This document shows, one piece after another, positions 41,449 through 49,794 of a stretch of DNA of 64,000 bases. Made by a program: the position numbers and the translations under genes. Each line of letters starts with the position of its first letter. Within the stretch, counting starts at the first letter, position 1. Below the pieces are notes generated by a model that ran no database searches, was not told the DNA's origin, and saw nothing but the letters and a program-made list of their open reading frames with translations. This DNA comes from Candidatus Thorarchaeota archaeon (GTDB taxonomy: Archaea > Asgardarchaeota > Thorarchaeia > Thorarchaeales > Thorarchaeaceae), in assembly GCA_048882325.1 (NCBI GenBank), contig JBHLRS010000001.1, forward strand, positions 85,557-149,556, in the 5' to 3' direction.

Positions 41449-42653
41449 GAATCCCTATCCCCTCCTGCATTCTTTGGTAACAAGGATTCTGAAACAATCT
41501 GTGAGATGTCTTGTACTGTCGTTTGATAACCTGTAGTAAACATTGCAAGATTAAACGCAAGGATGCACCGTGGGCATTCCGTGATTATTCTTGATGCTGG
41601 TGTTACTGTTGCGTCTCTCAGGCGCATTTCTGCTATTCTTGATGATAGAACGGGATCTACAACATCAAGCAGTCCATGAGACCCACAACATCGTGTACTC
41701 TGCCGGGACGGAGTCATCTCAACATTATATACGCCAGGAATTTTCTCTATGATTTCCCTAGGTTCTTCAGTTGCTTTCAGTACTCTTGCGGAGATACAGG
41801 GATCATGATAGGTCACTGTCACCATGGGTTGTTCTTCGAAATTGAGTCGTCCCTCTCGAACTAAGCGGCTGATGAACTGAGAAGCTGTCAATAGTTCAAG
41901 ATTGCTCTCTTCCTTCAGTAACTTGCTATATTCTGACCAAGTCTGAATACATGATGGACAACTAAAGACAACTGTTTCCACTCCAAGACTATGAATCAGC
42001 TCCAAGTTTTTGGTAGCCATTTCATTAATTCCTTCGAAGTTCCCTGCCCAACCTAAGGGTGCTCCGCAACAGATCTCTTTGTCCCCGAGAAGTGTATAAT
42101 CGACTTCCGCATATTCCATTATTTTAATCATAGATTTAGCAACATCATGGAGCTGAGATTTGAGAGAAACATTACAACCTAGAAAATATGCTACTTTGGC
42201 TTGTTTCAAGACTCGATGACTAACTGTATCCTCAATCTCCTCCATCCAGAGAAGTCGGTCAGCTGAACCCATCCACATGATGTCTCCTCTGGATTTTACT
42301 GATTCCAATACAAACCTCGCAGGTCGGGGCAATAACCCTCGCTCTCGAGCTTCAGCACGAGCAACCTCCCAGAATCTATCAAGACTGATACCTGTTGTGC
42401 AGACTGATGTGCAATGTTCACACAGGTTACAAAGGAAGATTTTATTCGCGAAATCTTGGCCGAATTTCCCTTCTCCCTCAATGATTGATTTTACAATGTG
42501 TAGCTTTCCCCTTGGTCCAAAAGATTCCCATTTTAGATCACGAAATACTGGACAGACTAGTGTGCAATTACCACACGAGGCACAGACATATGGTTCGTTT
42601 GCTTGCCCATACCTTTCAAGAAAGTCCATTTTGGTCATCTCTAAGACCACCAT
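41445..42653 (-). CDS. (Fe-S)-binding CCG-domain protein
   Basis: CASCGNCTLVCP, CNLCEHCTSVC, CCGAP, HDPC, CCGSHG. Confidence 0.9.
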   Translation of the reverse strand: MVVLEMTKMDFLERYGQANEPYVCASCGNCTLVCPVFRDLKWESFGPRGKLHIVKSIIEGEGKFGQDFANKIFLCNLCEHCTSVCTTGISLDRFWEVARAEARERGLLPRPARFVLESVKSRGDIMWMGSADRLLWMEEIEDTVSHRVLKQAKVAYFLGCNVSLKSQLHDVAKSMIKIMEYAEVDYTLLGDKEICCGAPLGWAGNFEGINEMATKNLELIHSLGVETVVFSCPSCIQTWSEYSKLLKEESNLELLTASQFISRLVREGRLNFEEQPMVTVTYHDPCISARVLKATEEPREIIEKIPGVYNVEMTPSRQSTRCCGSHGLLDVVDPVLSSRIAEMRLRDATVTPASRIITECPRCILAFNLAMFTTGYQTTVQDISQIVSESLLPKNAGGDRDS

Positions 42654-42698
42654 AAGATGATGACTATATCTGGGATGTTTCCTCCTAAGTATATAGTT

Positions 42699-42727
42699 AT
42701 GCCAAGGGTAGTTTCCTACCCTGGCAT
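42699..42727 (-). terminator. Stem-loop downstream of 42750..44093
   Basis: ATGCCAAGGGTAG-TTTC-CTACCCTGGCAT (12-bp stem with a one-base bulge). Confidence 0.45.
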
Positions 42728-42749
42728 TCTAGTTGGTTTTCTATCAACT

Positions 42750-44093
42750 CTACTTTAGGTCTTTAATCATCTCACCAGCACATGCGATACCAGACCTTGA
42801 TGCAGCTTCCATCGATGCGTAATACATTCCACAGTTAGCGTGAGCTCCTGCGACGTAAAGCCCGTCGACACCTGTTCTGTTAGTTGTAAGTCTGTCTCCC
42901 ATGATGCCTGGTGGTTGCTTAAGAACTGACTTCCATATCTTCCAGCTCTTCTGCCATGTGACCTTCTCCTTGACACCAGGTATTAGAATCTCGAGTTCAT
43001 CAAGTATGGCAGCTGTTGCCTCTTCATCACTCATCTTGAGGAGTTCTTTATCGATACCTGTCACCGTTAGAAGCGATTCTCCGATGGGTGCCAATACTCC
43101 TGAAACTCTCTTAGCCTCTGCAACTATGTTGATCTTGCGTCCTGGTACAAAAGCACCTACATTGAAATCAAGGACTCTCGATTTTAATCCAAAGTATGCA
43201 ACAGTCGATGGGGCATATTCAAATTTACTAGTTTTTTCAACGAAGTCCTTTGGCAAATCGCTCATCTTGACAAAGTTAGCTAACATGTCTATTGGAGTTG
43301 TCAAAACTACTGCATCAGTGTCAAGATGTTTGCTTTCTCCATCTTGCTCATAGTCAACTCCAACTACCTTGCCATCTTCAATGATTACCTGCTTCACAGC
43401 ACAGTTGACCTGTGGTTCAACACCGAAGTTGCGAGCTTGTAGCATCAGAGTGTATGCAACGCTACCTAAACCACCACGCTCTGGATACATAGCACTAAAG
43501 CCATCTTCATATGCGAATCTTAGGTGCTCAGAGTAAAGGTATTGTCCTGCAGAAACCTCATCAGGTTTCATGAAAGTTACTGTCTTGATTAGCGGTTCGT
43601 AGAACTCATTCTGAATTGATTCTGGTATCTTCTTGTCCTCTGCATACTCCGAGAAGGTCATCTTGTCAAGCTCTCTAAACTCTTCTTCTGACCTTCCTAT
43701 GTTTTCTTGCACTAACAATCCAAGTCTTGCCCTATCTGTGGTAGGCAGAAGACCAAACCTGGCTAGTTCCACAGCCGATCTCCGAATAATGTGTCTATCT
43801 CCATCCTTAAGCCAGACAGCACCCTCTCCTACGGTGGTCATTCGAACTCCGCTTCGTTCAAGAATCGGAATTAGTGACTTGAAACCACCGACGAAAAAGT
43901 GTAGACCCTGATCAAACACATAGCCTGATTCGGTATACGACCTAGCACGTCCGCCAACGGTCTTCTCTTTCTCAAGAATAGTACATCGAGCCTTAAGGCC
44001 TTTCAATTCTAGTGCGCAGCTGAATCCTGAGATTCCTCCGCCAACGATAACAACGCGTGTGCCCTTTTCTTTGCTCATAGTTGATATCTCCAT
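42750..44093 (-). CDS. FAD-dependent oxidoreductase, phytoene desaturase/HpnE/amine oxidase superfamily
   Basis: IVGGGISG, EKEKTVGGRARS, FDQGLHFF, GLYVAG, SMEAASRSG. Confidence 0.8.
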   Translation of the reverse strand: MEISTMSKEKGTRVVIVGGGISGFSCALELKGLKARCTILEKEKTVGGRARSYTESGYVFDQGLHFFVGGFKSLIPILERSGVRMTTVGEGAVWLKDGDRHIIRRSAVELARFGLLPTTDRARLGLLVQENIGRSEEEFRELDKMTFSEYAEDKKIPESIQNEFYEPLIKTVTFMKPDEVSAGQYLYSEHLRFAYEDGFSAMYPERGGLGSVAYTLMLQARNFGVEPQVNCAVKQVIIEDGKVVGVDYEQDGESKHLDTDAVVLTTPIDMLANFVKMSDLPKDFVEKTSKFEYAPSTVAYFGLKSRVLDFNVGAFVPGRKINIVAEAKRVSGVLAPIGESLLTVTGIDKELLKMSDEEATAAILDELEILIPGVKEKVTWQKSWKIWKSVLKQPPGIMGDRLTTNRTGVDGLYVAGAHANCGMYYASMEAASRSGIACAGEMIKDLK

Positions 44094-44112
44094 TTCTTAC
44101 TGTTAATTCTTC

Positions 44113-45237
44113 CTACTCCTCCACCTGAGACGCTCGAGCCTTATCAAGAATAAGTTCATCGAGCTGCATTACTTCCAGATTTGTATCCCTGGCATTATAA
44201 CTCAGGTTTTTGTAACACGACACGCAGGTCGTGATTATTCCATCAACACCCAACTCTTCTGCTTCTGCGACCCTCCGCCTTCCAACCGACTCGGAAAGTT
44301 CAGGATCCAATACCGTTAGAAAACCGCCACAGCAGTTTGAGTTTGCCCGATTATTCTTCATCTCCACAAGCTCAAGACCCGGGACTGCTTGAATAATCTC
44401 TCGCGGGGCTTCATAGATACCAAGAGCTCTACCAAGATGGCAACTATCATGGAAAGTGTATTTTCCCTCTAAGCCCTCAAAGGTTAGAACTCCATTCCTG
44501 ACTTGGTCAGCCAGGACTTCTACTGTATGTAGAATCTTAATATCGAAATTAGGAATGATGCGAGGGTAGTGTTCTGCTAAAGTACCATAGCAACCACCGC
44601 ATCCTGTAACAATGTGGTCAACACCAGCCTTCTTGAACATTTCATAGTTCTTCTTCACCACTTCCTCAAATCCTTTGTCATCTCCAGCCCAATAGTTAAA
44701 CAGACCACAGCAAACCTCACTTGGTACGTAGCCTGCATTGACTTTCAACTTGTGCAGCATATCGACCACAGTTTCAGGCTGGTCTGGGTACCAGAATGAG
44801 CCCATGCATCCTGAGAAGATAGCTGTGTTTGATTCAGGTGGTAGTTCCAAGTCTTCTGCCCAAACGGTTCTATCTTCAGACTCATATCCAATAAAGGGTG
44901 TGCCCTCTTTCTCAATCCATTCCAGGACTTTCTGAATTGGTTCTGACATTTCAGCACCAGTCTTTAGGAGCTGTCCCTTTGCCTCATGCCAAATTTCCGT
45001 GACCGGAACACCCGCTGGACATATAGCTTCGCATCGGCGGCAGTCAGCACAATATAGTCTCTGAAGAAGCTCAGCAGGAGGGTTCCTCATCTTTGTTGCA
45101 TAAGCTCGAAGCGCTCGGAGTTTTCCTCCTGGGCTATCGAGCTCAGATCTCAGTTCGATATACATTGGACAAGTGTCCCTACAGTAGTTGCATGAACCAC
45201 AGTTTCGTAGTACTTCTGATAGATTATCGATATTCAT
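44113..45237 (-). CDS. (Fe-S)-binding CCG-domain protein
   Basis: CGSCNYCRDTCP, CADCRRCEAICP, CCG, HDSCHLGR, CCGG. Confidence 0.9.
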   Translation of the reverse strand: MNIDNLSEVLRNCGSCNYCRDTCPMYIELRSELDSPGGKLRALRAYATKMRNPPAELLQRLYCADCRRCEAICPAGVPVTEIWHEAKGQLLKTGAEMSEPIQKVLEWIEKEGTPFIGYESEDRTVWAEDLELPPESNTAIFSGCMGSFWYPDQPETVVDMLHKLKVNAGYVPSEVCCGLFNYWAGDDKGFEEVVKKNYEMFKKAGVDHIVTGCGGCYGTLAEHYPRIIPNFDIKILHTVEVLADQVRNGVLTFEGLEGKYTFHDSCHLGRALGIYEAPREIIQAVPGLELVEMKNNRANSNCCGGFLTVLDPELSESVGRRRVAEAEELGVDGIITTCVSCYKNLSYNARDTNLEVMQLDELILDKARASQVEE

Positions 45238-45246
45238 TGTAACACC

Positions 45247-46728
45247 TCACTTCCCCACATATCTTGAAAGCCTCCGAAATGCGGCGGCCAGTGCAAACAG
45301 CACATCTATTCTCCTGAACGATGTCAAACATGTTGTGACCCTATCGGGATTCATCAATCCTGCTGGGTCCCATCTCTCCTTAGCTAATTTCATCTGTTCT
45401 AGTCGTTCTGGGTATGCTCTTGACATGTAGATAGAGTTCTGCAATCCAATCGTATATGGCACTCCTCCGATTGCTATTGCTTTCTTCATCATCTTATGGA
45501 GAATGGCCTTACTTGCAATGAATTTCAGATAGTGGTCTGCATTTATCATTGTCATGAGTTCCAGTCGCATTCCATCCGGAGTACCAAGCATTCCGAACCA
45601 CAGTGCTGAGATCTTGTGTGACTTTCGATATGCATCATAGGCCTCAAGCATCTCTTGCACTTTATCGATAGACATCCATAACTCTTGAAACATCAATGTT
45701 TCAGTGTGTTCCTTTGGATTGAACTCAGCATCATATCGGAGTTCCCATTCCTTCTCGGAATATTCGTTCCCGAGAAAAACTCCTGAGTAATTACTCGTGA
45801 TGGAGTTAAGTTCATCTGCTGGAATGGTTTCTGCTGAATCTATGTAAGTGGTTGAGAGTACATAATTTCCATTCTCAAGTGGATTGCTGTACTTCTGAAG
45901 CTCCTCATCTGCGATTTTTAGATAGATGGGTCTCTTCTCCAAGCTCGCGATTTCTTTCATTGCATTACAGAGGTTTTCGAGGTCTGTGAAACCATAACTG
46001 AATGTCTTGTATCCATCTGGTCTTTCATGAACTCGTAGAGTAATTTCAGTGATGATGCCGAGTATTCCATAAGAGTGCAGGAAAAGATCGATTTCACTTC
46101 CTTCAACTTGATGGACCGAGAAATCTCCTCCAATGACTGATAGTGATACCGTGTGGTCCTTGAGGGAGCCAAAGTAAGGGGTACCAACGCCACCTCTTCC
46201 TCCGCATGCAATCCAACCTCCTAACACCGCTGATTTGGCACTAGATGGATAGATTCCGAGAGTCAGATTCTCCTTCTCAAGTTCGTTCTCCAGCCTTTCA
46301 AAGGTGACACCAGGTTCAACTCGTACGGTCATGGCTGACTTGTCAATCTCAAGGATTTTGTTCATAGGTTTGATATCAAGAGAAATGCCACCTCTCGATG
46401 GACTTGAAGAACCCATGCAGCTTGAAGCTCCACCTCTTGGGATAACTGGCATGCTGTTCTGATGAGCGATTCTGAGTACCTGTTGGATCTCTTCAACGGT
46501 TTCTACTCGAACAACATAGTCTGCTAAGTACTTCCCCTTCCAGCGATAGTGATACTGAGGGAGAGCAGATGGGTCTCCACTGTACACCACTCTTTCTAGC
46601 TCAGAGTCTGAAACTCTGTTCTCACCAACAATCTCCTTGAGTTGATCAAACAAGCTGGTTGTTGTGGATGCAGTTGTTGGCTCAGTTTCGGGTTTACTTC
46701 CTTGTTCTGTATCTGTCATCTCGAACAC
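45247..46728 (-). CDS. FAD-binding oxidoreductase, type A
   Basis: YHYRWKGKYLADYV (shared with 33450..34931), PRGGASS, YPSSA, WDPAGLMNP. Confidence 0.88.
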   Translation of the reverse strand: MFEMTDTEQGSKPETEPTTASTTTSLFDQLKEIVGENRVSDSELERVVYSGDPSALPQYHYRWKGKYLADYVVRVETVEEIQQVLRIAHQNSMPVIPRGGASSCMGSSSPSRGGISLDIKPMNKILEIDKSAMTVRVEPGVTFERLENELEKENLTLGIYPSSAKSAVLGGWIACGGRGGVGTPYFGSLKDHTVSLSVIGGDFSVHQVEGSEIDLFLHSYGILGIITEITLRVHERPDGYKTFSYGFTDLENLCNAMKEIASLEKRPIYLKIADEELQKYSNPLENGNYVLSTTYIDSAETIPADELNSITSNYSGVFLGNEYSEKEWELRYDAEFNPKEHTETLMFQELWMSIDKVQEMLEAYDAYRKSHKISALWFGMLGTPDGMRLELMTMINADHYLKFIASKAILHKMMKKAIAIGGVPYTIGLQNSIYMSRAYPERLEQMKLAKERWDPAGLMNPDRVTTCLTSFRRIDVLFALAAAFRRLSRYVGK

Positions 46729-46729
46729 C

Positions 46730-47929
46730 TCACATCACAAAGGCTTCTCCAAGATAGATTCCCATGATTCCAAGTATTGTCCAAAGCACAACCGCTGGTA
46801 ATCCAAGGTTGCATGTTTTCCATCCACCAAGATGAGTAAGTAGTGCTAGAGACCCGAGAATCATGCTAATGATTCCAAGCCATACGTGCCAGGCGTGCAT
46901 GAACCGAAGCATATTGCTTAGATCGAATAAGTAAGCAGGATTCATGACACTCCATATGCCAGCTGGTTCCATCAACAGAGCTAGGACATTGAAGAGAGTC
47001 AGGAAATAAGCTATAGTAAGCATAATGCCATGCATCTTCGTGAAGCGTTCTTCGTCATAGTACTCTAAGGCAGTTCCAGTATAGGCAAAGATCAATGCAG
47101 GCAATCCAAGGAGCCATCCATAGTGAAATTGTGGAATCTCGATTGGTTCCACTGGTATCTGACCCACCACATATGATAGAGTCGGACTTACACTCTCCTC
47201 ACCATTGGTATCTGTCGCAACAATCCGCCAAAGTACTTCTACGTTCTTTGCTAAACCTGGAATAGTTCCTGTATAGAAACCAGCTTCTGTGGTTTCTGTC
47301 ATTGACCGATTTGTCCAAGTGGTCCCGTTATCTGTACTATATTGGAGTTTTACCTCTGCAACGCCTACCGTAGAGGTGACCTCTACAGTTACCGCAAAGT
47401 CTTGTTGGGCTCTAGGAACTTCAGGATCGGTTGAAGGAGCTCCGATGGCTGGACCTGCTCCGACCTGTGCAACATTGACAGTTATAGAATGGCTTCTACC
47501 GAAGCCAAAATCCTGAACAGCATAGACAGTTAGGGTATAGGTATCTGCAAAGGCTGGTGCAGTAATATTGTAAATTACATGAATCTCTTTGACGTCAGTA
47601 TCCAAGTCATTAGCGTCATTGTCATCAACAAGACTACCTGAACTTGGAACTACGACACTAAACTGGTCATTATCTGCTACATCAGCTGGTATCTTCAAAA
47701 TGAAACTTGCTTCTGATACACTTCCAGTTGCTTGAATGTCCAACTGAAAAGTCGCACCTGCATCAACATCAATGGTCGAAAGAGCAGATATTGATATTCC
47801 GGAATTATTATCGTGACAGTCACTGCAGTTATTCTCATACGTTCGACTAGCCAATACATTACTGGATGCAAGAATAACTAGCAAGAAAACTGAAACTAGA
47901 AGAAGAGCGAACTTGGCGTTTCGTTTCAT
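46730..47929 (-). CDS. Fusion of exported monoheme c domain, Ig-like stalk and 4-TM cytochrome b-like domain
   Basis: Signal peptide, CSDCH, beta domain homologous to 38952..39530, stalk homologous to surface-protein Ig repeats, C-terminus homologous to 34941..35351. Confidence 0.72.
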   Translation of the reverse strand: MKRNAKFALLLVSVFLLVILASSNVLASRTYENNCSDCHDNNSGISISALSTIDVDAGATFQLDIQATGSVSEASFILKIPADVADNDQFSVVVPSSGSLVDDNDANDLDTDVKEIHVIYNITAPAFADTYTLTVYAVQDFGFGRSHSITVNVAQVGAGPAIGAPSTDPEVPRAQQDFAVTVEVTSTVGVAEVKLQYSTDNGTTWTNRSMTETTEAGFYTGTIPGLAKNVEVLWRIVATDTNGEESVSPTLSYVVGQIPVEPIEIPQFHYGWLLGLPALIFAYTGTALEYYDEERFTKMHGIMLTIAYFLTLFNVLALLMEPAGIWSVMNPAYLFDLSNMLRFMHAWHVWLGIISMILGSLALLTHLGGWKTCNLGLPAVVLWTILGIMGIYLGEAFVM

Positions 47930-47960
47930 GTAGTAGTCACCGAATTTTATATGGTCGGTC

Positions 47961-48119
47961 TTATCCCGGATATATTTCCCGGATAATTGAGCCCGGCAGG
48001 AAACGACCTTGCTTAAAATCTTACGGAATGGAATTGGGTACTATAGTTTAGATTTTTGGCAGGTTACACTTGATGGGGATAACTATAGTTGGTTTCAGAA
48101 ACTGAAACTTCAACTAGTT
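47961..48119. promoter_or_regulatory. Palindromic sites in the divergent promoter region between cytochrome genes
   Basis: TTATCCCGGATATATTTCCCGGATAA (47961-47986), ACTATAGT (48040-48047), AACTATAGTT (48081-48090), AACTAGTT (48112-48119). Confidence 0.4.
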
Positions 48120-48245
48120 TATTTACTTACAGAAATTGCAAAGAAAGCTTCGTTTACTAACTATCCGTAACCAATTTATTACATCTTGTAAGTGTAATTT
48201 AACACACATCACCCTTGGAGGGAACAAATTTTTATTGAGCATGTT

Positions 48246-49637
48246 GTGGAAATTACAAGCCCAAATCTTGGGAAAATGGTGAAAAAACCAATGGTGTACT
48301 ACACTGATGAGACCCCAGGGGTCAATAAGCGGTTGGTTGCAGGTTACTACCTGTTCCTCTGCTTGATTGGTTTCAGCATTCTCCTAGGACCGACTGGATC
48401 CGGGATTCCAATCACCGTGATTGGAAATGAGGTCCGCGATGAGCATTATGTTGCTACTCCAGGACTTGGAACTGATCCAAGTGATTGCAATGTTTGTCAC
48501 CCAGACAAGTATGGCAACTGGAGTGGAACTGAACATGCTACACACATGGACACATACAACTCCACGCATGTGCGCATCGGCGCATTTGCCTGGGTCACAT
48601 GGACTATGTTCAATAGTACATGTTCTGAGTGCCACACAAGTGGTTGGGACAACTCCACAGGAACACCAACATACGACTTCCTTGGAGTCAACTGCTTTGC
48701 ATGTCACACTGGCGACCCAGTCGTGGATTATTCTGGTGATGCATGTGCACCTTGCCACCTACCCAGTGGTGAAGAGCATCCACATCAGATGGTTCCATGG
48801 CAGAACTCTGCTCACGCCAACTCTCTAACGGATCTAAGGACGAGCAGTCATGCTGGTTCATCCTGTATGCACTGTATGTCCACGGAAGGCTTCATAGACC
48901 AAGAAGGTACATACGACCCACAAGGTGATTTCAGCCCGGTCAGCTGTCCTGCCTGTCACTCAGTTCACAGCAACTGGTCAGCAGGCGAAGCTATGATTCG
49001 TGCTGACTCGCCTTCTGAGCTATGTGGTTCCTGCCATGTTGGTGATCGTCACACGACATACCAAACATGGGTAGGTGGTCCACACGCTCTAGCTGGCGTT
49101 GAATGTATCGACTGTCATGGCTATGATATAGCACCCGGTGACAACGTTTTCCTGAACCACACATTCGTCGTCGATCCTGATGTCGCATGCGGTCAGGCTG
49201 AAGAATGTCACATGGGCCTAGAAAGTTGGGCGGTCGATCAGCTCGAAACCTATCAGACCTCATATGAGGACCTGACTGCGGAAATCGAGGCTGAGGCTGC
49301 AGCATTCGAAACTACAGTACTAGCATACAATGCCACAGCTGGTGCAAACTATACCCTTGTCGATTATGTCTTGGGTATAGCTGACGATGCTACTGGTATG
49401 GTTGAGTACTACAATGGCGATGGATCCGAAGGATTCCATCATCCTCACCAGATTTTTGGTGACCTGAATGCGGCATACGCTGACCTTCTAGATGCTAAAG
49501 CGTACTTCTATGAGATGACTGGTGGCACCGGTGGTGGACCAGGTCTCCCTGCAAATACGCTAATTATCGTAGGTGGAGCCGTAGGTGGAATTGTTGTCGG
49601 CCTACTCCTAGGAGTTTTGGTTGGCAGACGTCGATAG
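48246..49637 (+). CDS. Membrane-anchored multiheme c-type cytochrome (NrfA/octaheme-like C-terminus)
   Basis: Seven CxxCH motifs (CNVCH, CSECH, CFACH, CAPCH, CPACH, CGSCH, CIDCH) plus CMHCM and CGQAEECH. Helical C-terminus with DGSEGFHHP; N-terminal signal and C-terminal TM + RRR. Start uncertain. Confidence 0.9.
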   Translation: MEITSPNLGKMVKKPMVYYTDETPGVNKRLVAGYYLFLCLIGFSILLGPTGSGIPITVIGNEVRDEHYVATPGLGTDPSDCNVCHPDKYGNWSGTEHATHMDTYNSTHVRIGAFAWVTWTMFNSTCSECHTSGWDNSTGTPTYDFLGVNCFACHTGDPVVDYSGDACAPCHLPSGEEHPHQMVPWQNSAHANSLTDLRTSSHAGSSCMHCMSTEGFIDQEGTYDPQGDFSPVSCPACHSVHSNWSAGEAMIRADSPSELCGSCHVGDRHTTYQTWVGGPHALAGVECIDCHGYDIAPGDNVFLNHTFVVDPDVACGQAEECHMGLESWAVDQLETYQTSYEDLTAEIEAEAAAFETTVLAYNATAGANYTLVDYVLGIADDATGMVEYYNGDGSEGFHHPHQIFGDLNAAYADLLDAKAYFYEMTGGTGGGPGLPANTLIIVGGAVGGIVVGLLLGVLVGRRR

Positions 49638-49663
49638 ACGCTGCGAGAAACAAACATTCGTAC

Positions 49664-49707
49664 GGGTGTTGCCAGATGCGAATGCATCTGGGAACCCTTT
49701 TTCTTTC
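49664..49707 (+). terminator. Hairpin plus T tract after the multiheme cytochrome gene
   Basis: CCAGATGC-GAAT-GCATCTGG, extendable by GGGT/ACCC, then TTTTTCTTTC. Confidence 0.65.
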
Positions 49708-49794
49708 AGCTACTAGAAGTCCGATAATAGCCACATCCTGATTCTTATAAAGTGCACAATTTGTGACACGCAACCCAAAAGGACCGAATAATCA

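Noticed and set aside
32232-45237. Calling the CCG proteins methanogenic heterodisulfide reductase
   Set aside because: No hdrA/hdrE/mcr here; pairing with GlcD-like flavoproteins fits the GlcF/GlpC-like dehydrogenase context.
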